Source: Fimbriimonadaceae bacterium (lineage in GTDB: Bacteria > Armatimonadota > Fimbriimonadia > Fimbriimonadales > Fimbriimonadaceae). From it: a stretch of 64,000 nt of DNA. Both the position numbers and the translations under genes were made by a program. Positions within the stretch are counted from its first letter, which is position 1. Each line of letters begins with the position of its first letter. The stretch is from positions 4,444 through 68,443 of the forward strand of contig JALOLT010000001.1 of assembly GCA_025455775.1 (NCBI GenBank). The letters are read 5' to 3'. Below the pieces are notes generated by a model, which saw only the letters and a list, made by a program, of their open reading frames with translations, was not told where the DNA came from and ran no database searches. This document shows, one piece after another, positions 43,587-53,483 of the stretch.

Positions 43587-46556
43587 ATGTTGGGCAAGGT
43601 AGCCAAACTCGTCTTTCTCTTTTTTCTGATTGGAATTTCGATCACAGTCGTCGCCCAGACGGAATCAGTCGAGTTGCGCCTTTGGAACATTCCTCCCAAG
43701 ACCTCAACCGAGCCTCTCCACATTGCTCAGCGTCGAGTCTTCGAGGCATTTGTAAGGAATCATCCTGAGATTCGGGTTCGGGCGATCGTGCCTCTGAATA
43801 TCCAAGGCCCTGCGGCAGAAGGGAACGAGTTTTTGGCTGTGGCGGGCGGCGTTGCGCCAGACGTCTTTTTCTTGTACGGTCGAAAGGTTGGGGACTATCG
43901 CGACCAAGGCTTTCTTGCTCCCCTGAACACCTACTTGGACGAGTATCGAGCCGATTCCGGTCGGCTCTTTGCCGGGATTGAGGCCCCTGATTCTGTGTGG
44001 GAACTTTGTGTGGATCAGGGCAAGGTCTATGCCCTCCCGATCGCCTACTATTCAATGGCCCTTCGTCTTCGCCGATCGTCGCTAGAGCGGGCAGGTTTGA
44101 CGAATCAGGTACCTCAAAACTGGGATCAACTCTACGAGTTTGCTCGGCGTATGACTTGGGATCCTGCGAAGGAACCAGGTTCGCGACCAAACGACCCAAT
44201 TCGATACGGCATATCAATGCAGACCGACATCAACGCCGGATGGACTTTTCACCAGTATGTGTGGGCGGCTGGCGGTGAGGTTCTCAGTCCCTTTTTGAGA
44301 ACAAGTAAAGGACTGGAGCAAGTCCCTCCCCCTCTTGTTGACTACGAAAAGATCGGGATTCAAATTGCGAATCAGCAGAGCCATTCCGAGAGAGTCGCCA
44401 GGCAAAGAGCGGATTTGTCGTCACGAGGTTTGCCACTCGATTATGGCGCGGCAGATCTTGAATGGCGCTTGATGACAGATCAGCCAAAGGCACTGCAAGC
44501 CTTACTCTTTTATCGAAAGCTTGTTCATCAACCTTGGATTCGAAACAAGGGTAAGGAATTCGATATTACTCCTGAGATGTTTGCTTCTGGTGTTGCCACT
44601 GATCCTTTCACGGGAGATCAGTTTAGGATCGCTGATCCTGGTGTACAAAGGCGGATTTATTGGGGAGTCACGAACGCTGGAACCCAGGCACAAGGCCCGA
44701 GTGGGGTGCAGCGTTCGATCAACTCTATGGAGATCGGGGTACTCAACGAAGCCTCGATGGACAATCCTCTTGAGTGGGTGCTTGCCCCCTTTCCTTCGAT
44801 TGACGGGAGTCCGGCTCCCGCCTTTATCGCTGGTTCCTACATTGGACTTAACGCCACAATTCAATCCGAGAGTGCCCCCGGTCGGGGTGATGCTAATGGG
44901 ATAAGGCAAGCTGCCTGGCGTTATATGTCATTTATGACTAGCCCAGAAGCCCAGAGGATTATGGTCAATACTCTTGTCGAATATGGTTTGGCAGAACATG
45001 TCCGGCCTGCCATGCTTCGACAAGCAGGGCTGGCAGACGAAATTTTGCGAATCCCAGAGAATAGACGTGCTCTGTGGGAAGGATTAGAAGAACGAGCCAA
45101 ACCTGAACCCTATTCTAAAGGATATAGCCATGTCATGACGCGGGAGCTGAGCATGGCACTTGGGCCAGTTTTTACCGATAAGCCAGATCGTCTGACCGGC
45201 AAGTTTTCTCGCGATCCTGTCCCTATTATGAAAGCGGTTGTCGACAACACCAATCGGGTTGTCTTGGGTGAAATGCCAGCCGAGGAAGTGCAGCGTCGAT
45301 CCGGCATTGGGATCGTCATCTTCGGCGTTGCTTTGCTTGCTCTCATCATCGGGGCGAGGGCAGTCATCATGCGCATGATGCAAGCCGATAAGACTGGTTC
45401 AGACGAGGGATTCGGCGTGGGAAGTGATCGCGGAAAGCGTCGCGTGACTGCTTGGATATTTCTGATTCCTGCTGTCGGAACGATCCTCTTGTGGAACTAC
45501 CTTCCTCTTGCAAAAGGCCTCCTTATGGCTTTTCAAGACTTTAGAATCGTAGGGGAATCGCAGTGGGTTGGTCTGAGAAACTTCATCGAAGCAGTAGCGG
45601 AGCCAAAGTTTTGGAAATACATGTTTCAAACCTTCGTCTACGTTGTTCTATCCATCGGCCTTGGCTTCATGGCCCCGATTCTCTTGGCGATTCTGCTCCA
45701 TGAGGTCCCCAAAGGAAAAGTTGTCTTTCGGGTTCTCTATTACCTCCCTGCCGTCACGACTGGTCTCGTCACCTTGTTCTTATGGCGTGGTCTCTTGTAC
45801 GAACCATCCAATAGCGGGATTCTTAATCAGATTATTTTGGGAATGAATTCTTTGCCTGGGCCTCTGGCAACGTTGGTAAAGGTTGGAACAGTCTTAGCTC
45901 TTATCGGTCTAGCCGGATACGGAGTTTTGGCGTTCCTTCTCAAGATTGGCAGCCAGTTTGCCCAACGAATGTCTCTCGGAGTTGGAATCCTATCCTTAAT
46001 CGCTTGTGTCCTTTTGATTCGGTCTTTAGGTGAGGCAGGAGTCGGGGCTCTGATCGGACCCTTTAACTTCCAAGCCCAAGGATTCTTGAATGATCCGACT
46101 CTTGCCCTGCTTTGGGTTGTCCTACCCACCATTTGGGCTGGCGCAGGGCCGGGATGTCTCATCTTTCTGGCTGCTCTAAAAGGGATTCCGAGCGAGCAAT
46201 ATGAGGCAGCTGACTTGGATGGAGCAGGAGTTTGGGAAAAACTGACGAATGTGACCTATCCCAATTTGCGTGCCCTGATCGCTATCAGTTTTGTCGGAGC
46301 AGTCATTGGGGGTTTCAAAGAGTCGGGAAACATATTTGTCATGACAGGGGGAGGGCCAGAGGACGCTACGATGACCATAGGACTCCATATTTGGTACAGC
46401 GCATTCATGTTCCTCAACTTTGGTCTTGCCACAGCCATGGCCTGGATCATGGGAGCTCTTCTCATTGGGTTCACTCTTAAGCAATTGCAGATCTTGAATA
46501 AGGTCAGTTTCCGAAATAGCGCAGTCGAAGCAGAGACTAAAGGAGGTCAGGCCTAA
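43587..46556 (+). CDS. fusion of extracellular solute-binding protein and ABC sugar permease (MalF/UgpA-like)
   Basis: Single ORF; the track start is 43494, and ATG 43587 gives signal anchor MLGKVAKLVFLFFLIGISITVVAQ. About 550 aa of SBP-like sequence is followed by TM GIGIVIFGVALLALIIGARAVIM. The permease core then has RRVTAWIFLIPAVGTILLWNYLPL and the EAA loop EAADLDGAGVWEKLTNVTYPNLR. Confidence 0.8.
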   Translation: MLGKVAKLVFLFFLIGISITVVAQTESVELRLWNIPPKTSTEPLHIAQRRVFEAFVRNHPEIRVRAIVPLNIQGPAAEGNEFLAVAGGVAPDVFFLYGRKVGDYRDQGFLAPLNTYLDEYRADSGRLFAGIEAPDSVWELCVDQGKVYALPIAYYSMALRLRRSSLERAGLTNQVPQNWDQLYEFARRMTWDPAKEPGSRPNDPIRYGISMQTDINAGWTFHQYVWAAGGEVLSPFLRTSKGLEQVPPPLVDYEKIGIQIANQQSHSERVARQRADLSSRGLPLDYGAADLEWRLMTDQPKALQALLFYRKLVHQPWIRNKGKEFDITPEMFASGVATDPFTGDQFRIADPGVQRRIYWGVTNAGTQAQGPSGVQRSINSMEIGVLNEASMDNPLEWVLAPFPSIDGSPAPAFIAGSYIGLNATIQSESAPGRGDANGIRQAAWRYMSFMTSPEAQRIMVNTLVEYGLAEHVRPAMLRQAGLADEILRIPENRRALWEGLEERAKPEPYSKGYSHVMTRELSMALGPVFTDKPDRLTGKFSRDPVPIMKAVVDNTNRVVLGEMPAEEVQRRSGIGIVIFGVALLALIIGARAVIMRMMQADKTGSDEGFGVGSDRGKRRVTAWIFLIPAVGTILLWNYLPLAKGLLMAFQDFRIVGESQWVGLRNFIEAVAEPKFWKYMFQTFVYVVLSIGLGFMAPILLAILLHEVPKGKVVFRVLYYLPAVTTGLVTLFLWRGLLYEPSNSGILNQIILGMNSLPGPLATLVKVGTVLALIGLAGYGVLAFLLKIGSQFAQRMSLGVGILSLIACVLLIRSLGEAGVGALIGPFNFQAQGFLNDPTLALLWVVLPTIWAGAGPGCLIFLAALKGIPSEQYEAADLDGAGVWEKLTNVTYPNLRALIAISFVGAVIGGFKESGNIFVMTGGGPEDATMTIGLHIWYSAFMFLNFGLATAMAWIMGALLIGFTLKQLQILNKVSFRNSAVEAETKGGQA

Positions 46557-46557
46557 A

Positions 46558-48555
46558 ATGTCACTGATACCCCAGGTTGGGAGAAAGAACTTCCGGAGCC
46601 GCATCCTGATCGCCTCGATCTATTTGCTCCTCTCGATTGGCGCCTTGACGATGGTGATCCCCTTCGCTCTGATGGCAACGATGTCGACCACAAGTGAAGG
46701 TGACTTCCGAGACTTTCGCTTGATTCCTGAGTATTGGTTCAACAAAAACGCCCTTTTCAGAAAAGTTGCTGTTGATGCGGCTCGGCTAGACGCTTCTGCC
46801 ACGTGGATTGGGAGAGATGATTGGTTCTCCCCCACCGACGTAAGACCAGAACACTTTGAAACTCTCTCGAGCAAAGACCCATCGAAACTAGCTCAACTTT
46901 CAAAAGACTTCGAGGAGTTTTGGAACTCGTCCCTGGATAAAAGGTTCAAAATTCCCTTGTTTATCCCTAACCCAGATAGCCCCTTCTCGGCGAGGGATAG
47001 CTATCGGGAGTTCTTACGGAATAAATATGGGACGATCCAGGCAGTAAATCAAGCCCATGGAGACAGTGCCCTGACGTGGCAAGAGTTTGAGATGCCCCAG
47101 GAGGTTATGAACCGCCTGCCAGATCAGTCTCAGAGGGTAAAAGATTATCGGGAATGGGTTGAAAGCCTTGCAGCGGGTAAGGCTACCGTCTACGATGCTA
47201 ATGGAGATGTCAACGCCTTTCTTAAGACAATTCTTGTTCCAGCAGATGCACGCTTACCAAGCGATTCAGATGGCAAGGTCATTAATTCCCAAGTCACATA
47301 CGATGACCTCATGAGCTCTATCTTCACAAAGGAACAACAGAGACAATTCTTTACTGAAAGGGCTGCCTTACGGTTTACAAGAGTTGATCCAACTTTAGCC
47401 CAAGATCAATGGCTTGCGTTTCTTGAAAAAGCACGAGAAGGTGAAAGGCCCCTTTCTCCTACTATGCCAAAATCTCTCAGTGAGGCTTCGACTTGGGCGA
47501 GATTTGTCCAAATGGACGCGCCAATCGAAGCCCTCAGCCAGGATCGACCCGAAACAGCTTGGCGAGAGTTCCTGCTAACCAAGTACGGATCTTGGGAAAG
47601 GGCAGGGGAAGCCCATGGGAAAACTTACCAAGATCCAGCAGACGTACAGATCCCGAGATTAGAAATCCTCTATCACGAGTTTAAGAAGAATGAAGCTGCT
47701 ACCAGGTATGCCTACTTCTCACACAACTTCAAAACTGTAATTGCCTTTATCACAGTTCACGGAAGTGCGCTGCTCAATACTATCATCTTTATCCTGCTCA
47801 CGATCGTCGGAGCTCTGACGGTAAACCCAATGGCAGCTTATGCCCTGTCTCGCTTCCGACTCAAGGAATCTCATCAAATCCTCGTCTTCCTCTTGGCGAC
47901 GATGGCATTTCCAGGCGAGGTCTTGATGATCCCAGGCTTTCTTCAGATTAAAGAGTTTCCCCTGGCTTCCGTTTTGGCAACCTTCGTGGTGGTTCTGCTT
48001 TTCTTCTTAGTGAGTAATGCCTTCAAACAAATACCGATCGTGCTCCGATCCACAGCTGCCTTGGTTGTGGTGGGTGTCACAGTTTTCTTTGTAGCACCGG
48101 AGATCCTAAAAGGTCTCGGAATTGTCCCGAACGTAAGTCTCATGAACTCCTTCTGGGCTCTTGTCTTACCAGGGCTAGCAAGTGGCTATGGAATCTTTCT
48201 CTTGAAAGGATTTTTCGACTCCTTGCCACCAGAACTCTACGAAGCAGGTCTGATGGATGGAGCCAGTGAGTGGAAGATGTTCTACGCGATTACTCTTCCC
48301 ATGTGCAAGCCCATTTTGGCAGTTATGGCTTTGGGATCTTTTACTGCCGCCTACGGAGCCTTCATGCACGCCTTCTTGGTGACTCAGGATCCCAGGATGT
48401 GGACACTGATGGTCTTCCTTTACGAGTTTCAGCAATCCCGAAGTTTGCCAATGGTGATGGCATCTTTGGTAATTGCTGCAATCCCAACGCTCATCGTCTT
48501 CCTCCTGGCCCAGAGAGTCATTCTGAGAGGAATCGTAATCCCAACCTACAAGTAA
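46558..48555 (+). CDS. ABC sugar permease (MalG-like) with ~350-aa extracytoplasmic insertion after TM1
   Basis: 665 aa. TM1 is ILIASIYLLLSIGALTMVIPFAL, followed by a long soluble segment. Five TMs follow, with the EAA loop EAGLMDGASEWKMFYAITLPMCKP. It starts 1 nt after the upstream stop. Confidence 0.85.
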   Translation: MSLIPQVGRKNFRSRILIASIYLLLSIGALTMVIPFALMATMSTTSEGDFRDFRLIPEYWFNKNALFRKVAVDAARLDASATWIGRDDWFSPTDVRPEHFETLSSKDPSKLAQLSKDFEEFWNSSLDKRFKIPLFIPNPDSPFSARDSYREFLRNKYGTIQAVNQAHGDSALTWQEFEMPQEVMNRLPDQSQRVKDYREWVESLAAGKATVYDANGDVNAFLKTILVPADARLPSDSDGKVINSQVTYDDLMSSIFTKEQQRQFFTERAALRFTRVDPTLAQDQWLAFLEKAREGERPLSPTMPKSLSEASTWARFVQMDAPIEALSQDRPETAWREFLLTKYGSWERAGEAHGKTYQDPADVQIPRLEILYHEFKKNEAATRYAYFSHNFKTVIAFITVHGSALLNTIIFILLTIVGALTVNPMAAYALSRFRLKESHQILVFLLATMAFPGEVLMIPGFLQIKEFPLASVLATFVVVLLFFLVSNAFKQIPIVLRSTAALVVVGVTVFFVAPEILKGLGIVPNVSLMNSFWALVLPGLASGYGIFLLKGFFDSLPPELYEAGLMDGASEWKMFYAITLPMCKPILAVMALGSFTAAYGAFMHAFLVTQDPRMWTLMVFLYEFQQSRSLPMVMASLVIAAIPTLIVFLLAQRVILRGIVIPTYK

Positions 48556-48559
48556 ACTC

Positions 48560-49582
48560 TTAAACAGGTCCTCGTGCAAGCCGTGAACGAAGAATCGGTT
48601 GCGGAGAAATCACCTGGTGAATCGTCGATCCGGTCGGATCGGCGATTCGCTTTTGAATGATACGAAGAGTCGCTTCTGCGACCTCAGACCAAGGAACAGC
48701 AATAGAGCTAAAGTTAAGATGCTCGCTCACCGGGGCACCGTCGAAACCGATCAGATCTGGAACCGACAACCCTTGACTTTGGCTATAAAGGATAAGGCCC
48801 TCGGCAATGCGATCATTTCCGCAGAAGACAGCCACAGGATGGAGATCAAATACCGATGGAGCACAACGCAATCCGTCTTCGACATGCCAGCCAGCAGATT
48901 CGATGACCTTGGCACCAGTAACAGACAAAAAACCAGCAACTCTTGGTGCACTGCGGTGGTCCGCAGATGGGCCGGAAAGGATCACAAAGGGTCGTGAGGA
49001 ACCGTGGCGTTCCCGCAAGATCTGGGCTGCCATTACACCCCCTGAAAAGTCATCCACCGAAACACTATCAACGAGCAGGGATTCCAATCCTTGCGCTGGT
49101 CTATCATAGAGCAACAGGCAACGGCGTTGCTGATCTAATAGAGCTCGATAAAGCTCTGGGCATTCCCAAACGAGTGGAAAGAAACCTTGGTCAGGAAAAG
49201 GGATAGGAGAAGACGCCTGGAGCACCTCTGCTCGAAAAACCAACCTGGCACGGCGGAGCTTTTTCGTCAATTCACGATGAAGCAATGAACCCAGACTGCC
49301 AGGCCGATTCGCCCTCTGAGGCAAGTACACTGCCACTCCCTGAAGCCCCTCGCGATCCCCAGCAACGTAAGTCCCTGATCCCCGACGCCGAACCACCAAG
49401 CCCAATTCGACAAGCTCGCCAACCAAGCGATCAGCCGTCTGGAGGCTGATTTGATAGTGTTGAGCCACGGAGCGTGAAGAGGGGAAGCGATCCCCGACCG
49501 CCAGCCGCCCATCCCGCAATCGAGCCAGGAGAAGTTGGCGTACTTCGTCAATTCTCTGTGTGGTTCTCACATCGAATATCAT
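48560..49582 (-). CDS. AraR-type regulator: GntR winged-helix N-terminus fused to a LacI/GalR-type sugar-binding domain
   Basis: The N-terminus RFPSSRSVAQHYQISLQTADRLVGELVELGLVVRRRGSGTYV is a GntR HTH. The C-terminus has PBP1 features (CGNDRIAEGL, GFDG). Confidence 0.85.
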   Translation of the reverse strand: MIFDVRTTQRIDEVRQLLLARLRDGRLAVGDRFPSSRSVAQHYQISLQTADRLVGELVELGLVVRRRGSGTYVAGDREGLQGVAVYLPQRANRPGSLGSLLHRELTKKLRRARLVFRAEVLQASSPIPFPDQGFFPLVWECPELYRALLDQQRRCLLLYDRPAQGLESLLVDSVSVDDFSGGVMAAQILRERHGSSRPFVILSGPSADHRSAPRVAGFLSVTGAKVIESAGWHVEDGLRCAPSVFDLHPVAVFCGNDRIAEGLILYSQSQGLSVPDLIGFDGAPVSEHLNFSSIAVPWSEVAEATLRIIQKRIADPTGSTIHQVISPQPILRSRLARGPV

Positions 49583-49610
49583 AACACTTAGAAAAGCAAA
49601 GTGTTATGAT
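49578..49610. promoter_or_regulatory. 33-bp palindrome, operator candidate in the divergent regulator/operon spacer
   Basis: ATCATAACACTT (49578-49589), a 9-nt spacer, then AAGTGTTATGAT (49599-49610); the arms pair at 12 of 12 positions. It overlaps the regulator ATG (49582-49580) and lies 46 nt upstream of the SDR ATG at 49656. Confidence 0.5.
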
Positions 49611-49655
49611 TAAAAGCTGGAAAGACTCGGTAGAAGGTATACCGGCCAGTGACAA

Positions 49656-50450
49656 ATGAGTGGTCAGGCACTGAAAGACAAAGTCGTCGTGGTGATCGGG
49701 GGAACCTCCGGACTCGGCCTCAGTGGAACCATAGCCTGCTTTGAAGCTGGCGCCAAAGTCGTCACCCTTGGCCGCGACCAAGATCAGGTCGCCAAAACAC
49801 AGGAGATCCTCGGCGAAAACGGCTTCGCTTTCGCGGCTGATGCGACTGATCCGGAAACTCCAACCAGGGCCGTTCAAGAAGCGATCCGCAGATTTGGCAA
49901 GCTCGACGCTCTCTATCACGTCGCAGGCGGCAGCGGAAGGAGGTTCGGGGATGGCCCATTGCACGAAGTCACTGATCTGGGGATCGAGAAGACGATCGAG
50001 CTAAACCTGAACCCTGTGATCCGGTCAAACAGGGCTGCCGTCCAAGCCTTTCGAGCCCAAGGCACAGGGGGCACCATCCTTAACATGGGATCGGTACTCG
50101 GTCATTCACCCTCAAAAACATACTTTTCCACCGCTGTCTATGCAGCGACAAAGGCAGCGGTCGAAGGCTTCACCCTCTCTTGTTCTGCCTATTACGCAAA
50201 AGAGGACATCCGCTTTAATGTCATCTGCCCAGCTCTGGTTCTCACCGATATGGCAACAAGAGCGGCAGAAGACGAGAACATCCTCAAGTTCATTAAGACC
50301 AAGCAACCGCTAGACGGGGGGCGTCCTTCTCTCCCCGATGACTTGAACCAAGCAGTGATCTTCTTGCTTTCATCTGACTCAAAACTCGTCACAGGTCAAG
50401 TGCTCAACGTGGACGGGGGATGGTGCGTCTCGGAGGGACAGATTTCTTGA
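49656..50450 (+). CDS. SDR-family oxidoreductase
   Basis: 264 aa with the GGTSGLG cofactor loop and the YAATKAAV catalytic Y-x-x-x-K. Confidence 0.88.
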   Translation: MSGQALKDKVVVVIGGTSGLGLSGTIACFEAGAKVVTLGRDQDQVAKTQEILGENGFAFAADATDPETPTRAVQEAIRRFGKLDALYHVAGGSGRRFGDGPLHEVTDLGIEKTIELNLNPVIRSNRAAVQAFRAQGTGGTILNMGSVLGHSPSKTYFSTAVYAATKAAVEGFTLSCSAYYAKEDIRFNVICPALVLTDMATRAAEDENILKFIKTKQPLDGGRPSLPDDLNQAVIFLLSSDSKLVTGQVLNVDGGWCVSEGQIS

Positions 50451-51328
50451 ACCAGCCGAGCTTTGGATTCGATCTTGGGGGAACTGGGATCAAAGCTGTA
50501 GTTCTCGGGCTGAACAACGAGGTCGTCCATCGCGAATCCATCACCTTCTCCGAGGATCGTTGGGAAGAACCGGTTCGAGACACTTTCGAAAAGCTCGTGG
50601 AAAGCCACGGTCACCCAAGTGCCGTCGGGGTCGCTTGCCCAGGCATTGCTCACCCGAGTGGCGATTCCACCTGGTGGATGGAAGGGAGGCAGGCAAACGT
50701 TCAGGGCTTCGATTGGGCAAGGCATTTTTCTTTGGCCTTTCGAGTCCCTGTTTTGAATGATGCTCAATCAGCCTTGGTCGCGGAGTGGCTGGTTGGTGCA
50801 GGCAAGGGGTCGTCAAACGTGCTGCTTCTTACCCTGGGAACAGGCGTAGGAGGTGCGGTTGTCTCTGACGGTCGTCTGCTCAAGGGCCACCTCGGTCGGG
50901 CTGGCCATGTGGGCCATATCTCGCTAGATGGCTATGGCAAACCGGATCTAGTAGGCACGCCTGGCAGCTTAGAAAACGAAATCGGTGACGCTTCTCTGGC
51001 CGAAAGGAGTCGAGGCATGTTCACTACCACCCAAGATCTGATCCAGGCTTGTCAGGCAGGAAACGAAGAAGCTAAAAGCGTTTGGCAAAGGTCTGTTCAT
51101 CTGCTCGCCGTTGGCATCACAGGGCTTATCAACGTCTTCGACCCTGAACTCATCCTCCTGGGCGGGGGCATCTCCCAAGCGGGGGAACTCCTTTTCGACC
51201 CCCTTCGGGAGCATCTCTCTTCTTTAGAATGGCGGCCACACGGCTGCACCGTCACCCTCAAGCCGGCTCAATTAGGATCCTATTCGGGAGCGATCGGAGC
51301 CGCACTCAACGCGCAAGGATTGAAATGA
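50420..51328 (+). CDS. ROK-family sugar kinase
   Basis: FGFDLGGTGIK and TLGTGVGGAV motifs. An alternative TTG start at 50447 would give a TTGA overlap with the SDR stop. Confidence 0.85.
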   Translation: MVRLGGTDFLNQPSFGFDLGGTGIKAVVLGLNNEVVHRESITFSEDRWEEPVRDTFEKLVESHGHPSAVGVACPGIAHPSGDSTWWMEGRQANVQGFDWARHFSLAFRVPVLNDAQSALVAEWLVGAGKGSSNVLLLTLGTGVGGAVVSDGRLLKGHLGRAGHVGHISLDGYGKPDLVGTPGSLENEIGDASLAERSRGMFTTTQDLIQACQAGNEEAKSVWQRSVHLLAVGITGLINVFDPELILLGGGISQAGELLFDPLREHLSSLEWRPHGCTVTLKPAQLGSYSGAIGAALNAQGLK

Positions 51329-52110
51329 CACCCTCAGAAGATTATCTCGCACAGGCAATAAGGATCACAGAAGTTGCCAGGTCTCAGATCCCCCAGATCC
51401 AACAGGTGGCGGCTCGGTTTGCAGAAACGATTCTGGCCGGGAGGATGGTTCATGTCTTTGCCTCTGGTCACAGCCGCATCATGACGGAGGAAATGTGGCC
51501 CAGGTACGGTTCATTTCCAGGATTCAATCCGATTGTCGAGCTCTCCTTGACTTTTCACAATCTCGTCGTTGGCGCGAATGGCCAAAGGCAGGCGATGTTT
51601 CTCGAAAATGTCTCAGGTCTTGCCCCTCGCATCCTTCGGAACTTTGCCTTGAATCCAAAAGACTCCGCCTTGGTGATTTCGAGTAGTGGGTGCAATGTTG
51701 TCCCCATCGAAATGGCAGAAGAGTTCCAGAAGCGGGAGATTCCAGTCGTGGGACTGGTGAGCAAATCTCACGCAGAAGCATCTGTGAGTAACCACCCCAG
51801 CGGCAAAAAACTTAGCGATTATTGCGAAATTGTGCTCGACACTGGTGCCCCGGTGGGAGATGCTATGGTTCAGATCCCTGGCCTCGAAACCCCAGTCTCT
51901 CCTGGCTCAACCGTGGGAGGTTGTTTGATCGTAAACATGATCAAGGCTGAGGTGGCCCAACGGCTTTGTGAGGCTGGTCAACCGCCCTTAGTCCTCACAG
52001 CTGGAGCGATTGTCGGGAAGGAAAAGGCAACGTCGCTCTTCGAAGCAGCTTATGACGAACATGCCCACCGGCTGGCGAAGCTCTATGAGACAGTGGGGAG
52101 GGATTTGTGA
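51325..52110 (+). CDS. SIS-domain protein (UPF0309-like)
   Basis: 261 aa from ATG 51325, in an ATGA overlap. VHVFASGHSRIMTEE and ALVISSSGCNVVPIE are typical of the UPF0309 SIS group as remembered. Confidence 0.8.
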   Translation: MTPSEDYLAQAIRITEVARSQIPQIQQVAARFAETILAGRMVHVFASGHSRIMTEEMWPRYGSFPGFNPIVELSLTFHNLVVGANGQRQAMFLENVSGLAPRILRNFALNPKDSALVISSSGCNVVPIEMAEEFQKREIPVVGLVSKSHAEASVSNHPSGKKLSDYCEIVLDTGAPVGDAMVQIPGLETPVSPGSTVGGCLIVNMIKAEVAQRLCEAGQPPLVLTAGAIVGKEKATSLFEAAYDEHAHRLAKLYETVGRDL

Positions 52111-53483
52111 ATCCAGCCCTAAATCATTCGGCCATCCCTCTTCTCAAGTCGGTGGACCTCCTGGTGGTCGGTGCGGGATCAGCTGGGTGCTGCGCAGCAC
52201 TTGCGGCGAAGGGTGCCGGGGTCAAGAGTGTGCTCCTCGTCGAAAGGTACGGATTCCTGGGGGGAATCTCAACTGGCGTCCTCGATACCTTCTACGGGTT
52301 CTTCACCCCTGGCGATCAGCCAAGAAAAGTCGTGGGAGGAATCCCAGATCAAGTGGTGGACTTACTCGATGCAGCCCAAAGTGCTTTTCTTAGGCCCAAC
52401 ACTTATGGGGCTGGCACTGGCATTACCTATAACCCAGAACATCTCAAGGCAGTGTGGGATCGTCTTTGCCTTGCGGCTGGGGTCGAAGTTTTGAACTACT
52501 CATTTTTGGTCGATGCCATCGCAGATTCTTCCGGACGAATCACCCAGGTTGTTCTCTGCACCCGTAACGGCTTCGTGCGAATCGAGGCAAAGAGATTTAT
52601 CGATTCGAGTGGAGATGCCGACTTCTGCCACTGGGCCGGTTTGCCGTTGGAAGTCGCTGGCGAGCTCGAACCAGCCCAGACCATGACCACGACCTTTCGC
52701 TTGGCAGGGGTCGATCTGGATCGCTTTCAACAGGCAGGCGGCAAAAAGATGCTGATGGAGCGGATGAAGAATGATGACACCTTGCCTCGCAAGGCTGGTT
52801 CTGCCCATGCGATGCCTATTCCAAACTGCGTCTCAACCGTCGCAGTTCGGGTCGGTGACCTAAGTGGTCTCGATTCCTGGAGCTTAACCAGCGCGGAACG
52901 AGAAGGCAGGCGACAAGCTCTGGTCTACGAAAATTTCTTTCGAAAGAACGTTCCCGGCTACGAGGAGGCCAGGCTGATCGGCCTCTCGGTTGGGATCGGG
53001 GTGAGAGAGTCGCGCAGAGTTTTTGGAGACTATCGCCTCACGCGGGAGGATTGCCTTTCGGCAGCCAGATTCGAAGACAGAGTCTTCCTGTGCGGGGCAC
53101 CCATCGAAGATCACCGCCTCGGTCAAGATGGACAAGAGGAAACAGCTTGGGCCTACATCCCAGACTCCGGTGTCTACGACGTCCCCTATCGAACGCTGGT
53201 GCCTGCCGGACGGGATGAGTGCTGGGTCGCTGGCCGTTGCTTTAGCGCGACCCACGACGCCCACGCTTCCTGTCGTTCCATGGGACAAACCATGTCCATG
53301 GGTCAGGCCGCCGGGATCGCTGCAGCCCTCTCCCTGGAACTCGATTGCTCAGCGCGTGCCGTTCCTATTTCTCTATTTCAAGATCATCTGCGTCGCTTGG
53401 GAGTGCCTTTGGAACCTCCCCAGGAGGTCGCAAACACTGCTGCCAAAGCCTGGAAAGAAAATCGGAAAACAAACCTCTTATGA
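52107..53483 (+). CDS. FAD-dependent oxidoreductase
   Basis: 458 aa with a GTG start in a GTGA overlap. N-terminal dinucleotide fold VDLLVVGAGSAGCCAALAAKGAG. Confidence 0.8.
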   Translation: MNPALNHSAIPLLKSVDLLVVGAGSAGCCAALAAKGAGVKSVLLVERYGFLGGISTGVLDTFYGFFTPGDQPRKVVGGIPDQVVDLLDAAQSAFLRPNTYGAGTGITYNPEHLKAVWDRLCLAAGVEVLNYSFLVDAIADSSGRITQVVLCTRNGFVRIEAKRFIDSSGDADFCHWAGLPLEVAGELEPAQTMTTTFRLAGVDLDRFQQAGGKKMLMERMKNDDTLPRKAGSAHAMPIPNCVSTVAVRVGDLSGLDSWSLTSAEREGRRQALVYENFFRKNVPGYEEARLIGLSVGIGVRESRRVFGDYRLTREDCLSAARFEDRVFLCGAPIEDHRLGQDGQEETAWAYIPDSGVYDVPYRTLVPAGRDECWVAGRCFSATHDAHASCRSMGQTMSMGQAAGIAAALSLELDCSARAVPISLFQDHLRRLGVPLEPPQEVANTAAKAWKENRKTNLL

